64,000 nt of DNA from Nitrospirota bacterium (lineage in GTDB: Bacteria > Nitrospirota > UBA9217). The notes under the pieces were generated by a model. It ran no database searches and was not told where the DNA came from. It worked only from the letters and a program-made list of their open reading frames with translations. The DNA lies in assembly GCA_963749655.1 (NCBI GenBank), contig CAVVOB010000024.1:32001-96000 (forward strand), written 5' to 3'. This document shows positions 52,392-63,330 of this stretch, in pieces; the first letter of the stretch is position 1, and each line of letters begins with the position of its first letter. Made by a program: the position numbers and the translations under genes.

Positions 52392-52995
52392 ATGAACATA
52401 GACCGCCCCGTTTCAGGGACCGATCAATTCCGTTCACTTCAGATCCTCGATGAACTCGCTCAGAACGATTCCCTCACTCAAAGGGATCTGAGCGGCCGCC
52501 TCGGCATAGCCCTCGGTCTGGTCAATTCGTACATCAAGAACCTCGTGGCAAAAGGCTTCATTACGGTCAAGGCGATCCCTCCGAAACGCTACACGTATTA
52601 CCTCACGCCCAAGGGCTTTACGGAAAAAACCCGCCTCGCCTACGACCTTCTCCAGGATTATACGCGTATCTACCGGGAAGCAAAAAACAACCTGCGGTCA
52701 CTGTTCGAGGGATCTGACCGGAAAAGGGATCCGCAAGGTGGTCTTCGCGGGATCAGACGAAGTCGCTGAAATCGCCTACATGACGCTGCAGGAGACAACG
52801 TTGGAACTTGTCGCGGTCGTCGACCCCGATACCAACGGGTCGCTCTTTTTCGGGAAACAAATCAAGCCCATGGACGCTCTTCGCGACGTGAGCTACGATA
52901 CGATCATCGTCGCTTCCTACCTGAACAGGGAAAAAATCTATCAAGCCCTCTTGAGTCAGGGAGCGAAAAAGAAGGACATCAGGATGATCTTCTGA
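52392..52995 (+). CDS. Polysaccharide-locus-associated winged-helix (MarR-like) regulator with Rossmann-like C-terminus (frameshifted)
   Basis: TQRDLSGRLGIALGLVNSYIKNL..KG..YYLTPKGFTEK; second part VFAGSDEVAEIAY. Confidence 0.85.
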
Positions 52996-53090
52996 ATCAG
53001 AAGGCTGGAAATGCAGATGGTCAGCAGCTTTGAGGATTGGAGTCGTCCGATCCTTTGCTCTTCTAAATCATCCTCAAAAGGAGTTGCTCC

Positions 53091-53861
53091 ATGAAAGTGG
53101 TCATCCTTGCGGGCGGACTGGGTACGAGAATCAGCGAAGAGACCGTCGTGCGGCCGAAGCCCATGGTCGAGATCGGCGGCAAACCGATCTTGTGGCACAT
53201 CATGAAGATCTATTCTCATTACGGCTTCAATGATTTTATCATCTGCCTCGGGTTCAAGGGTTACATGATCAAGGAGTATTTTTCCAACTACTTTCTCCAT
53301 ATGAGCGACGTCACCTTCGATATGCAGAAAAATTCCATGATGGTCCACCAGCAGTACGTCGAGCCCTGGAAAGTCACGCTGGTTGACACCGGCATGGAAT
53401 CGATGACCGGCGGAAGGCTGAAACGCGTCGCTTCGTATATCAACGACGATACTTTCATGCTCACCTACGGAGACGGATTGTCGGACGTCAACATCCGGGA
53501 GCTTCTCGCCTTTCACGAGAAGCATGGGAAATCAGCGACAGTTACCGCAACCCAGCCTTCCGGCAGGTTCGGGGCGCTCAGTCTCGACAGTTCGCTCAAC
53601 GTAACTTCGTTTCAGGAAAAGCCGGTAGGCGACGGTTCGTGGATCAACGGCGGATTTTTTATACTCGAACCTAAGATGCTCGACCGCATCGCCGGCGACT
53701 CGACCGTGTTCGAAAAAGAGCCGCTCGAAGGCCTCGCCCGTGACCGGGAACTGGTCGCGTACAAACATTCCGGTTTTTGGCAGCCCATGGACACGCTTCG
53801 CGACAAGATGCATCTTGAGGAACTCTGGAACAGGGGGAAGGCGCCGTGGAAGGTATGGTAG
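53091..53861 (+). CDS. rfbF: Glucose-1-phosphate cytidylyltransferase
   Basis: [45 protein letters not shown]. Confidence 0.96.
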   Translation: MKVVILAGGLGTRISEETVVRPKPMVEIGGKPILWHIMKIYSHYGFNDFIICLGFKGYMIKEYFSNYFLHMSDVTFDMQKNSMMVHQQYVEPWKVTLVDTGMESMTGGRLKRVASYINDDTFMLTYGDGLSDVNIRELLAFHEKHGKSATVTATQPSGRFGALSLDSSLNVTSFQEKPVGDGSWINGGFFILEPKMLDRIAGDSTVFEKEPLEGLARDRELVAYKHSGFWQPMDTLRDKMHLEELWNRGKAPWKVW

Positions 53862-54941
53862 CGAACGGTTTCTATCGCGGGAAAAAGGTCTTTCTCACCG
53901 GCCACACAGGTTTCAAAGGTTCCTGGCTCTGCCTCTGGCTTCACATGCTCGGAGCGGAGGTCACCGGCTATGCCCTGGATCCGCCGACCGAGCCCAGCCT
54001 GTTCGAACTCGGCAACATCGGGAAGCTGATGCGATCGACCATAGCCGATGTACGGGACGGAGAACGGCTGACAAAAGCCATGAGAGAAGCGAAGCCGGAC
54101 GTCGTCCTCCACATGGCCGCGCAGCCCCTCGTGCGCGATTCCTATAAAATACCCGTCGAGACCTATGCGATCAATGTCATGGGCACGGTAAACCTGTTGG
54201 AAGCCGTGCGTGCGACTTCATCGGTGCGGGCCGTCGTAAATGTGACGACGGATAAGTGCTACGACAACAAGGAATGGGACCTGGGGATACCGGGAGAATG
54301 AGGCGCTCGGAGGATACGACCCCTACTCGAACAGCAAGGCCTGCTCAGAGCTCGTGACCTCTGCCTACCGGAATTCCTACTTCAATCCGAAAGAGTACGC
54401 TCATCACGGCGTCGCTGTCGCCTCGGCCCGGGCGGGGAATGTTATCGGCGGCGGAGACTGGGCAACGGACAGGCTCATCCCCGACTGTGTCAGGGCGATC
54501 CTCAAGAACGAAAGCATCGTCATCAGAAACCCGGAGGCAATCAGGCCATGGCAGCATGTCCTGGAACCGCTGTCCGGATATCTCCTGCTGGCGCAAAGGC
54601 TTTTCGAAGAAGGCCCGCGCTATGCGGAGGCGTGGAATTTCGGACCCGATGAAAGCGACGCACAACCCGTGGAATGGATCGTCGGTAAACTCTGCGAGAA
54701 GTGGGGCGAACAGGCGTCGTACCGGATAGACGCCGGGAAGCACCCGCACGAGGCGCACTACCTGAAGCTGGATTGCTCGAAAGCCAAATCGAACCTGGGC
54801 TGGAAGCCGAAATGGGACCTGAAAAAGGCCCTGGACAGCATCATTGAGTGGACGAAGGCGTATTCTGCGAAGAATGATGTCGCCGACCTCTGCCGGAAGC
54901 AGATACGGGAATATTCGACCGAGGAGAAGCGAGACCGATGA
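53855..54941 (+). CDS. rfbG: CDP-glucose 4,6-dehydratase (frameshift near 54280)
   Basis: [42 protein letters not shown]. Confidence 0.95.
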
Positions 54942-56158
54942 ATTGCAGGTTCTGCGGGACAAAGGACATTTTCAAATTTCTCGAACTGGGGACCATGGCG
55001 CTGGCGAACAGTTTTCTCACCAAAGAAGAGCTGACGTCGGCAAAGGAACCGGCATATCCCCTTGATGTTTTCTTCTGCGAACGATGCGGGCTCGTCCAGA
55101 TCGGACATGTCGTCCCACCCGATGCGCTCTTCAGCAATTACATCTACTTCTCCGCCACATCGGACCTCGTGCACCGGCATGCCGCCTATCTGGCCCAAAG
55201 CTTTCAAAGCCGTTTCCGCCTGAATGCGCAGTCACTCGTCGTCGAGATCGCGAGCAATGACGGTACAGTGCTGCAGTATTTCAAAAAAACGGGCGTCAAG
55301 ACGCTCGGGGTCGAGCCGGCCTACAATATTGCCACGGTCGCTGTCCAGGCAGGCATCGATACCGTCAACGAGTTCTTCAACGAACCGACATCCGAGTCGA
55401 TAAAAAAGCGTTACGGGGCGGCCGACGTCATTCTCGGGAGACATGTCTTCGCCCACGTTCCGGAAATCCACGGTTTCGTCAGGGGGCTGAAGAACCTGCT
55501 GGCGCCGGATGGAGTCGTTGCGATTGAAGCCCCCTACCTGATCGATTTCGTCGAGAAGAATGAATTCGACACCGTCTATCACGAACATTACTCCTATCTT
55601 TCCGTCCGGGCGATGTCCCATCTTTTCAACATGTACGACATGGAGGTGTTCGATGCCGAGCGGGTCCCGATCCACGGCGGCTCTCTCATCTACTTCATCG
55701 GGCATACAGGGGCGCACCCGAAGACCGAGACGATAGCGGCCCTCTCCGGGGCGGAACTCGAAAAGAATCTCGATAAGAAAGAAACTTATGTTGCCTTTGC
55801 CGAAAGGACTTCCGCTCTCAGGGCCGGCCTGGTCGGCCTTCTTCGGGATCTGAAAAAATCCGGGAAACGCATCGCTGCCTATGGAGCTCCGGCAAAAGGA
55901 AATACGCTCCTCAATTACTGCGGCATCACGACAGACCTCGTCGAATATACGGTCGACAAGAGTCCCTACAAGCAGAATCTCTTCACCCCGGGGACACACT
56001 TGCCCGTTTATCATCCCGACAAGCTCGTCCAGGACATGCCTGATTACGTTCTCCTGCTCGCCTGGAATTTTGCGGACGAAATCCTGGAGCAGCAGAAGGC
56101 ATACCGGAACAAGGGAGGGAAATTCATCGTCCCCATTCCGGTAGTGAGAATAGTATAA
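54938..56158 (+). CDS. NDP-hexose C-methyltransferase
   Basis: Zn ligands CRFC and [43 protein letters not shown]. Confidence 0.88.
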   Translation: MNCRFCGTKDIFKFLELGTMALANSFLTKEELTSAKEPAYPLDVFFCERCGLVQIGHVVPPDALFSNYIYFSATSDLVHRHAAYLAQSFQSRFRLNAQSLVVEIASNDGTVLQYFKKTGVKTLGVEPAYNIATVAVQAGIDTVNEFFNEPTSESIKKRYGAADVILGRHVFAHVPEIHGFVRGLKNLLAPDGVVAIEAPYLIDFVEKNEFDTVYHEHYSYLSVRAMSHLFNMYDMEVFDAERVPIHGGSLIYFIGHTGAHPKTETIAALSGAELEKNLDKKETYVAFAERTSALRAGLVGLLRDLKKSGKRIAAYGAPAKGNTLLNYCGITTDLVEYTVDKSPYKQNLFTPGTHLPVYHPDKLVQDMPDYVLLLAWNFADEILEQQKAYRNKGGKFIVPIPVVRIV

Positions 56159-56218
56159 GCAGTAACCCGTGAGCGGCAGGCGTTAAGGCCGCAGCTCACC
56201 TTTGAGGACAGTGCTTTT

Positions 56219-56749
56219 ATGCTTTTCTCCGAAACAAAACTGAAAGGCGCTTACTGCATCGAAATAGAACGTCGCAAAGACGATCGGGGCTTCTTCGGCC
56301 GGAGCTTTTGTCAGAGCGAATTTGCCGGACAGGGCCTCGAAACCGTCGTTGTCCAGTGCAATGTTTCCTTCAATCAAAAGAAAGGAACGCTCCGCGGCAT
56401 GCATTTTCAGGCGCCGCCCAAGGCCGAAGCCAAACTGGTGCGCTGCACACGCGGGAGGATTTTTGACGTCATCGTCGACCTCCGTCCTGAATCCCCGACC
56501 TATTGCGAGTGGACAGCGGTCGAGCTGTCGGCGGATAATTACCGGATGCTCTACATCCCGGAAAACTTTGCCCACGGATTCCAGACGCTTGAAGACGACA
56601 CCGAGGTCTTTTATCAAATGTTTGAATCTTACGCGCCTGATCTGGCGCGCGGGGTGAGGTGGGATGACCCGGCCTTCGGCATAACGTGGCCGATCGCGGA
56701 TCCGATCATCTCGGAGAAGGACCGCTTGTATAAGCCCTGGAGACGGTAA
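56219..56749 (+). CDS. rfbC: NDP-4-keto-6-deoxyhexose 3,5-epimerase (RmlC family)
   Basis: DDRGFF, GTLRGMH, AKLVRC, FAHGFQTL. Confidence 0.92.
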   Translation: MLFSETKLKGAYCIEIERRKDDRGFFGRSFCQSEFAGQGLETVVVQCNVSFNQKKGTLRGMHFQAPPKAEAKLVRCTRGRIFDVIVDLRPESPTYCEWTAVELSADNYRMLYIPENFAHGFQTLEDDTEVFYQMFESYAPDLARGVRWDDPAFGITWPIADPIISEKDRLYKPWRR

Positions 56750-56803
56750 ACAGCAGGCCGTCAGCTGCCAAACTGCTCACCGCTCACGTTCCACGAGGTT
56801 TTC

Positions 56804-57673
56804 GTGAAGATTCTCTTGATCGGCAAAACCGGCCAGCTCGGCGGCGACATCCTGCGCAATAACAGCAGCCACGAAATCGTCGCGCCCGATCGCGCTGAAC
56901 TCGACATCCGGTCTTCACACTCGATCGAAAACGCCGTCGATCGACACCGGCCCGATGCAGTGATCAATACCGCTGCCTTTCACAACGTTCCACTTTGCGA
57001 ACAAGATCCGGACAACGCCTTTCGGGTGAATTGCGTAGCCGTGAGGGACCTTGCGGCCGCCTGCAATCGCATCGGCGCTCTCTTCATCACCTTCAGCTCC
57101 GACTACGTGTTCGGCGGAGACAAACGTACTCCCTATCGGGAAGACGACAGGCCCGCTCCGCTCCAGATCTACGGAATGTCCCGGCTCGTCGGCGAGTATG
57201 CCGCTCTCTCAGCGTGCCCCGGCCGGGCAATCGTTATCAGGACCTGCGGGCTCTACGGGGTATCGGGCTCACAATCGAAGGGCGGCAATTTCGTTGACAA
57301 GCGCATCGAGGATGCGAAGACCCATGTAGCAATAGACATGGGAAACGACCAGACGGTTTCTCCCACCTCGACCCATGACCTCAGCCTGGCCGTGCTGAAG
57401 CTCATCGGGCATCCGACAAAGGAACCGGGAATCTATCATCTGGTCAACGAAGGCGCATGTACGTGGTATGAATTCACGAAGGCGATCTATGAAATCATGA
57501 GGCTTGCGGTCAAGGTGACTCCGGTCGACCGGGGAGGGAAAAGCGGCGATATGCGGCGGCCGCTCTATTCTGCGCTGGCCAACAGCCGGGGGCCGTCGCT
57601 CGGAATCGTCCTGCCATCCTGGCGGGATGCGCTGGAGCGATATTTGACGAGAAAACAGGGGATTGACTCTTAA
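56804..57673 (+). CDS. rfbD: NDP-4-keto-6-deoxyhexose reductase (RmlD family)
   Basis: GKTGQLG, SSDYVF, YGMSR (YxxxR in place of YxxxK), DQTVSPT, RPLYS. Confidence 0.88.
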   Translation: MKILLIGKTGQLGGDILRNNSSHEIVAPDRAELDIRSSHSIENAVDRHRPDAVINTAAFHNVPLCEQDPDNAFRVNCVAVRDLAAACNRIGALFITFSSDYVFGGDKRTPYREDDRPAPLQIYGMSRLVGEYAALSACPGRAIVIRTCGLYGVSGSQSKGGNFVDKRIEDAKTHVAIDMGNDQTVSPTSTHDLSLAVLKLIGHPTKEPGIYHLVNEGACTWYEFTKAIYEIMRLAVKVTPVDRGGKSGDMRRPLYSALANSRGPSLGIVLPSWRDALERYLTRKQGIDS

Positions 57674-57691
57674 AGACGCCGAAGCCGTCCC

Positions 57692-58546
57692 GTGATGGCG
57701 GTGCAGGATATATTGATCATGTCTGATCTTTGCGTAGTGCATTTAGTTCGTGCAAAAAACACCATTGAACCGTTCGCGCATTTTCTCCAATCGTACAAAG
57801 ATAACCGCGGCGGGATGGAGCATGACCTGCTGTTTGTATTCAAGGGATTTCACGGCGACGAATGCCCTCCCGAATATGACGACGCACTGAGGGGATTTCC
57901 TCACAGGAAGTTTTTTGTGAACGATTTCGGTTTCGATATACGGGCATACTTCTCGGTAGCCCGCGCTTATAACTACAAGTTCTTCTGTTTTCTTAATTCC
58001 TTCAGCACGCTTTTGGACCGGGACTGGCTCGTGAAGCTGTATTCTCACCTGAGCAGAAAAAATATCGGCCTCGTCTCCGCGACGGGGTCCTATGAAAGCC
58101 CTTATTCAAATATTCTCAGGGAGCAGCAGCACGATGAACGTATAAATGGATCGGTGTCCCGAAGACTGCGGAGATATCTGGCTCGGACGGCCTATCGCTT
58201 CGCCTATGACCCCTATCCGAACTACCACGTGCGCACAAACGGATTCATGATCTCGCGTGATGTGATGAGCAAAATACACTCCGGATTAATTCTTACGAAA
58301 GAGAACGCGCATCGATTCGAAAGCGGCAGAAAGAGTTTAACCAAGCAGGTTCTCCGCATGAATCTGAAAGTGCTGGTGATCGGTAAAAACGGCACGGCTT
58401 ACGAGAAGGAAGACTGGTGCAGTTCCGGCACATTCCGGCAGGGAGAGCAAAACAACTTGCTTATTGCCGATAATCAAACGAGTGCTTACCTGCATGCGAG
58501 TCCCGATCTGAAATCCAAATTAGCGCGGCTTGCATGGGGTGCTTAG
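57692..58546 (+). CDS. Hypothetical protein in the polysaccharide locus (possibly glycosyltransferase-like)
   Basis: Long ORF co-oriented in the operon; GFDI.AY, FLNS, HVRTNGF, FESG motifs; family not securely recognised. Confidence 0.65.
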   Translation: MMAVQDILIMSDLCVVHLVRAKNTIEPFAHFLQSYKDNRGGMEHDLLFVFKGFHGDECPPEYDDALRGFPHRKFFVNDFGFDIRAYFSVARAYNYKFFCFLNSFSTLLDRDWLVKLYSHLSRKNIGLVSATGSYESPYSNILREQQHDERINGSVSRRLRRYLARTAYRFAYDPYPNYHVRTNGFMISRDVMSKIHSGLILTKENAHRFESGRKSLTKQVLRMNLKVLVIGKNGTAYEKEDWCSSGTFRQGEQNNLLIADNQTSAYLHASPDLKSKLARLAWGA

Positions 58547-58555
58547 GCGTTCATT

Positions 58556-60067
58556 GTGGAAGAACATGAAAGAGATTCGGTCAAAACGAATATAATCGCA
58601 AATTTTGCAGGCAAGGCATGGACCAGTATCATGAGTTTGGCCTTCATTCCCGTGTATATCAAATTTATGGGAATAGAAGCGTACGGGCTCATAGGAATAT
58701 TCGTGTCGTTAATGGCCTTGCTTTCCGTACTGGATATGGGGCTCAGCTCCACCCTCAGCCGAGAATTGGCGAGATTGTTCGCCTCAGGAGATACGGAGCA
58801 GGAATCACGGGATATCGTCCGAACGCTTGAATATGTCTACTGGAGCGTCGGCATACTCATCGCTTCGGGACTGATCGTCTCGGCTCCCTACATGGCTCGC
58901 CACTGGATATCAACGCAGGCAGTTCCCATCCAGACCGTTCAGCAGGCCCTGATGATCATGGGCCTGGTTGTGGCATTTCAGTGGCCTGCCTCATTCTATG
59001 ACGGCGGCCTGATGGGCTTGCAGCGCCAGGTCCTGCTGAACGGCGTAAGAGGAGTAATGGCGACTATCCAGCACGCAGGCGCGGTGCTGGTGTTATGGCT
59101 TGTCTCCCCTTCTATCCTTGCGTATTTTACATGGCAAATCATCGTCAGCATGGTGCAAACCGTGCTCCTTGCCCGCTCCGTTTGGACCTCCCTTCCAGCG
59201 GCCTCGGGGAAAAGCTCATTTCGCATCGATCTCATGAAAAAAAATTTGCGGTTCGCAATGGGCTTGACGAGCATTTCGATCCTGTCGGTCGTTTTGACCC
59301 AAACGGACAAGATTATCCTGAGCAAACTGCTTACGCTCACCGCATTCGGCTATTATACGCTTGCCTTTAATCTGGCAAATTCATTGAGTCAATTGGTGCT
59401 GCCCATATTACTGGCATTATTCCCGAGACTCTCGCAGCTCGCGCTGCACAAGGAGAGGGAAGCGGACATTGCCGCTCTTTACCACAGCGGGTGCCAGCTT
59501 GTTTCAACCATCGTCCTGCCTGCTGCATTTGTGGTAACCTTTTTTTCCGAAAATATTATGCTGCTGTGGGTCCATGACCAGGCAATCGCACAGCATACGC
59601 ACCTTCTCCTGAGCTTACTGATTGCGGGATCGACGCTCAACTCCTTAATGCTGCTTCCTCTCACCCTGCAGCTGTCATACGGCTGGACAAAACTGTCCTT
59701 TTTTAAAAATATAGTTGCCGTCATTCTCTACATTCCGCTTCTTCTGTGGCTGGTCAGCCGTGCGGGAGCCATCGGCGCTGCGGTTGTATGGATTTTATTG
59801 AATGCAGGATACTTCTTGATGGAAATCCCGATCATGCACACTCGGCTGCTTAAAAATGAAATGTGGCGTTGGTATTTCAAAGACGTAGGCGTGCCTGTGC
59901 TTATCGTTGCATCTGTTGCAGGGCTGTCCCGCATTTTGTTGCCGCAGGACGGATCATCTCTCTTCATTTTCGGCTGGATCGTCGTTACGGGCTTATCTGC
60001 GCTTTTTTTCACGGCAATGACATTCCCCTTTACCTACGAATGGCTGAGACGGGCTAAAAACACATGA
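58556..60067 (+). CDS. wzx: Wzx-type oligosaccharide flippase
   Basis: Many TM helices; GIEAYGLIG, LDMGLS, TDKIILSKLL..FGYY. Confidence 0.88.
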   Translation: MEEHERDSVKTNIIANFAGKAWTSIMSLAFIPVYIKFMGIEAYGLIGIFVSLMALLSVLDMGLSSTLSRELARLFASGDTEQESRDIVRTLEYVYWSVGILIASGLIVSAPYMARHWISTQAVPIQTVQQALMIMGLVVAFQWPASFYDGGLMGLQRQVLLNGVRGVMATIQHAGAVLVLWLVSPSILAYFTWQIIVSMVQTVLLARSVWTSLPAASGKSSFRIDLMKKNLRFAMGLTSISILSVVLTQTDKIILSKLLTLTAFGYYTLAFNLANSLSQLVLPILLALFPRLSQLALHKEREADIAALYHSGCQLVSTIVLPAAFVVTFFSENIMLLWVHDQAIAQHTHLLLSLLIAGSTLNSLMLLPLTLQLSYGWTKLSFFKNIVAVILYIPLLLWLVSRAGAIGAAVVWILLNAGYFLMEIPIMHTRLLKNEMWRWYFKDVGVPVLIVASVAGLSRILLPQDGSSLFIFGWIVVTGLSALFFTAMTFPFTYEWLRRAKNT

Positions 60068-61050
60068 CTGCGCTCTGTCCGGTTTGTAAAAGCAAATCAC
60101 CATACTATTTCGAAGCGGGAGATTTCAACCAGGAAATTTCTGCTGAGGTCTTTCGTTATTACAGATGCCCTTCGTGCAAGCTTGTCTTTTTGTCCCCGGT
60201 GCCGGACAATCTTGGATCCTTTTATCGCGAAACGTATCCAGCCTATCAGATGCCGTCATTGCAGGAACTTGATGCGATGGCCGCTCAGGAGCGCTACAAA
60301 CTGGACATCGTCCAAAAATTTTCCCGCAAAGGAAGACTGCTCGAAATCGGGCCGTCGTATGGCGCTTTTGCATATCTGGCGAAGAAAGCGGGATTCGAGG
60401 TTGAAGCCATCGAAATGGATCCTCGTTGTTGCCAATACTTATCAGACACGGTCGGAATAAAGGCGATCAATACAAACGATGTTGACGCTTCCCTTCGGAC
60501 ACTAGGGCCGTACGATGTGATAGCGCTCTGGCACGTCATCGAACATTTACCGAATCCCCTAAAAACACTTGAGACGATTTCCGGTAAGTTAAGGCAGGGC
60601 GGCATCCTCGTGATAGCATCTCCCAATCCGGACGCTCTTCAGTTCAGGATATTCGGCAGATACTGGACACACGTAGATGCTCCACGCCATCTTCGGCTCA
60701 TTCCAATGACCACTCTCGCGGAGCAATTGAAAATGTTCGGCCTGCAAATTGTGCTGACCACTTCGACAGGCAAGGCCAGCCGCATTTTTCATGTTATCGG
60801 ATGGTGGGGCACATCGTTCAGAAACATTATCAAAGCCTCGCGTATGACGCTTCAATCTGCGTCGCCGGATCTTCACCATGGTTTCCTGAATAGATTTTTC
60901 ATTCAATCCTCGTTATTTTTCTCCGTCGGCTATAGATTGTTACTTTTCCTGTTGCTGAAGCCATTCGAAAGAATCAAAGGCCTCGGAGTCGCATACACCG
61001 TCGTTGCCCGGAAGACAGAGGGGCGCACCGGCCATGGAGACTCGCGGTGA
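60064..61050 (+). CDS. Class I SAM-dependent methyltransferase with N-terminal Zn ribbon
   Basis: CPVC and CPSC, LLEIGPSYG, WHVIEHL, PRHL. Confidence 0.85.
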   Translation: MTALCPVCKSKSPYYFEAGDFNQEISAEVFRYYRCPSCKLVFLSPVPDNLGSFYRETYPAYQMPSLQELDAMAAQERYKLDIVQKFSRKGRLLEIGPSYGAFAYLAKKAGFEVEAIEMDPRCCQYLSDTVGIKAINTNDVDASLRTLGPYDVIALWHVIEHLPNPLKTLETISGKLRQGGILVIASPNPDALQFRIFGRYWTHVDAPRHLRLIPMTTLAEQLKMFGLQIVLTTSTGKASRIFHVIGWWGTSFRNIIKASRMTLQSASPDLHHGFLNRFFIQSSLFFSVGYRLLLFLLLKPFERIKGLGVAYTVVARKTEGRTGHGDSR

Positions 61051-61080
61051 TTTCAAATTCGATATTCTGGAAATGAATTT

Positions 61081-62115
61081 ATGACCATCGGTGTTCTGAT
61101 ACCAACATTTAACAGAAAATCATACCTTGCGAAGGCGCTCCAGAGCGTTCTCGATCAATCGTATCAAAAGCTTGAGATTTTGGTTATCGACAACGGCTCG
61201 ACCGACGACACTGCGGAGTTCATGTCGGGTATATCAGACCCGCGGGTACGGTATGTCGTCAACGAAACCAATATTGGAATGATCGGCAGCATCAACAAAG
61301 GGGTCAAACTCTTCTCCGAGAACGTGGCCTGGAGTATGATTCTGAGTGACGACGATGCGCTGGCCAGGAGCTGTCTTGAAGAACTAGTGAAAACTGCTTC
61401 AAACACCGGAGCAACAAGCGTCGTCCATGCACACCGCGTCTTTATCGACGAGCAGGGAAACAGGATCCGTGAAGCCCGGCTCTCCCCTCGTGAGGAAACG
61501 GCTTTGGATTATTTCGACCTGCGGTCTCGTGGACGACGGGAATCCTACCTGACGGGAGTTCTGTTCAGCCGTGCGGCTTTTTATAAAATCGGAGGATATC
61601 CCCCGTTCTCGACCGGGCTCGGCAGTGACGATGCATTCATCTTCGCGCTGTCTCTGCAGGACCGGCTGATTTTCGAACAAGCAGCAATCGCGCTTGTCAG
61701 AATCCACCAAGATGCGGAAAGCAGATCAGGCACAGAAGGCGTGAAAAAGCTCGTAACGCTCAAGGAATTCTCCGCATACTGTCTTCGCACAGCGGACAAA
61801 TTCGGCAATTTCACGCCGGAGCAGCATCGTTCGTTCATCCGCAGTTTAAAGCGGTATGAGATAAACTTGAACTCCTACTGGTGGCGCACTGCTGTTCACG
61901 CCGCGCTCGCTCAGGGCACGGCCGAGGCACGTGACGAGTTAAAGCTTCTGCGTTCCTTTGTCAGGAATGATCGTCAGATTTTTTCGCTGAGGATACGGCT
62001 GAACATCTGCATCGAGAAAATGACGCACGTTAACCCTGAATCTTGCAGAGTTTATCGGACGTGGGGCAAGCTTGTCGACTATGCCCTCTTCCTGCTGCGA
62101 AATCGGCTGCCGTGA
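61081..62115 (+). CDS. Glycosyltransferase family 2
   Basis: IPTFNR, DNGSTD, SDDD. Confidence 0.9.
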   Translation: MTIGVLIPTFNRKSYLAKALQSVLDQSYQKLEILVIDNGSTDDTAEFMSGISDPRVRYVVNETNIGMIGSINKGVKLFSENVAWSMILSDDDALARSCLEELVKTASNTGATSVVHAHRVFIDEQGNRIREARLSPREETALDYFDLRSRGRRESYLTGVLFSRAAFYKIGGYPPFSTGLGSDDAFIFALSLQDRLIFEQAAIALVRIHQDAESRSGTEGVKKLVTLKEFSAYCLRTADKFGNFTPEQHRSFIRSLKRYEINLNSYWWRTAVHAALAQGTAEARDELKLLRSFVRNDRQIFSLRIRLNICIEKMTHVNPESCRVYRTWGKLVDYALFLLRNRLP

Positions 62116-62181
62116 GCAGCGAATAAAGCTGAGGAGAAGACCGTTTCGTAAAACCACTCGGCAACGAACAGACGAGGCGAC

Positions 62182-63324
62182 ATGATCTACAGACCAAAAA
62201 ATACAATCCTTGCACTTGTTCTCGAGGGGGCAGAACTGTGTCTATTTGCATTTGACCGGCTGTTTTTTTTCTTTTGCAGATCCATACCCCCGAAACAAGA
62301 CAATAAACTTCTTATTGTAAGACTTGATGCAATCGGTGACTTCGTAATCTGGCTGGCCGCTGCGAAAGAAATCCGTAATTTCTATTCCGGATATCAAGTC
62401 ACCTTGCTCGGAAATGACCTGTGGACGGATCTTGCACAGGAGCTGCCCTGGTTCGATGCCGTGTGGCCGCTTAACCGGAAGAGATTTCTGATGAATCCCT
62501 TCTACCGCTTGAAAATGCTCAATGCAATACGACGGGGCGGCTTCACCATCGTCCTCCACACGGTTTTCAACCGCGATTTTTTTGTGGGTGACTCAAGTGT
62601 TCGGGCAACCGGAGCTTCCCATCGCATCGGTTTTGAGGGAAGCACTGAAAACATCAAAGCGTGGCATAAAAGGATCAGCGACGCTTGGTATACGGCGCTC
62701 GTCCCCTCGGGTCAAAAGCATCAGCTGGCTCAGGACGCTGATTTTGTGGAACATCTCGGCTCAAAATACACCGCACGTTTACCGCACCTGCCGCGCTTCC
62801 CCTTGCCGAAAAAATTCCCGTTGAATGATTACTACGTCATCATACCAGGTGCGGGCCACGAAATGAGGCAATGGCCCCTTCAGAACTTTCAGGAAATAGC
62901 GCGACGCGTCTACAAGAAGACCGGCTTGCTAGGGGTGCTCTGTGGAGGGAAACGGGAGGCAGCTTTAAGCAGATCTTTTCTCGCAGATGCAGACTATCCG
63001 GTTATGGATTTAATCGGGCACACATCCCTGCTTGATTTAGCGGCGATCATAGCCCATGCCAAGGTTGTGATCGGAAACGATACCGGGGCAATTCACATTG
63101 CGGTTGCAGCTGCGACTCCCTCGCTCTGCATTCTCGGCGGCGCTCATCCTGGACGATACTTGCCTTACCCCCCCGACCTAAACGCACCGGTTAAGACCGT
63201 TATGCATTCAATGGATTGCTTCAATTGCGATTGGCACTGTATCGACAATTCATGCACGATCGTTCCCTGTATCGACAATATTTCAGTAGATGATGTCTGG
63301 AAAGATTTATCCGGTATTTTATAG
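62182..63324 (+). CDS. Glycosyltransferase family 9 (heptosyltransferase-like)
   Basis: RLDAIGD, PGAG..RQWP, GNDTGAIHIA. Confidence 0.88.
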   Translation: MIYRPKNTILALVLEGAELCLFAFDRLFFFFCRSIPPKQDNKLLIVRLDAIGDFVIWLAAAKEIRNFYSGYQVTLLGNDLWTDLAQELPWFDAVWPLNRKRFLMNPFYRLKMLNAIRRGGFTIVLHTVFNRDFFVGDSSVRATGASHRIGFEGSTENIKAWHKRISDAWYTALVPSGQKHQLAQDADFVEHLGSKYTARLPHLPRFPLPKKFPLNDYYVIIPGAGHEMRQWPLQNFQEIARRVYKKTGLLGVLCGGKREAALSRSFLADADYPVMDLIGHTSLLDLAAIIAHAKVVIGNDTGAIHIAVAAATPSLCILGGAHPGRYLPYPPDLNAPVKTVMHSMDCFNCDWHCIDNSCTIVPCIDNISVDDVWKDLSGIL

Positions 63325-63330
63325 GAAAGC

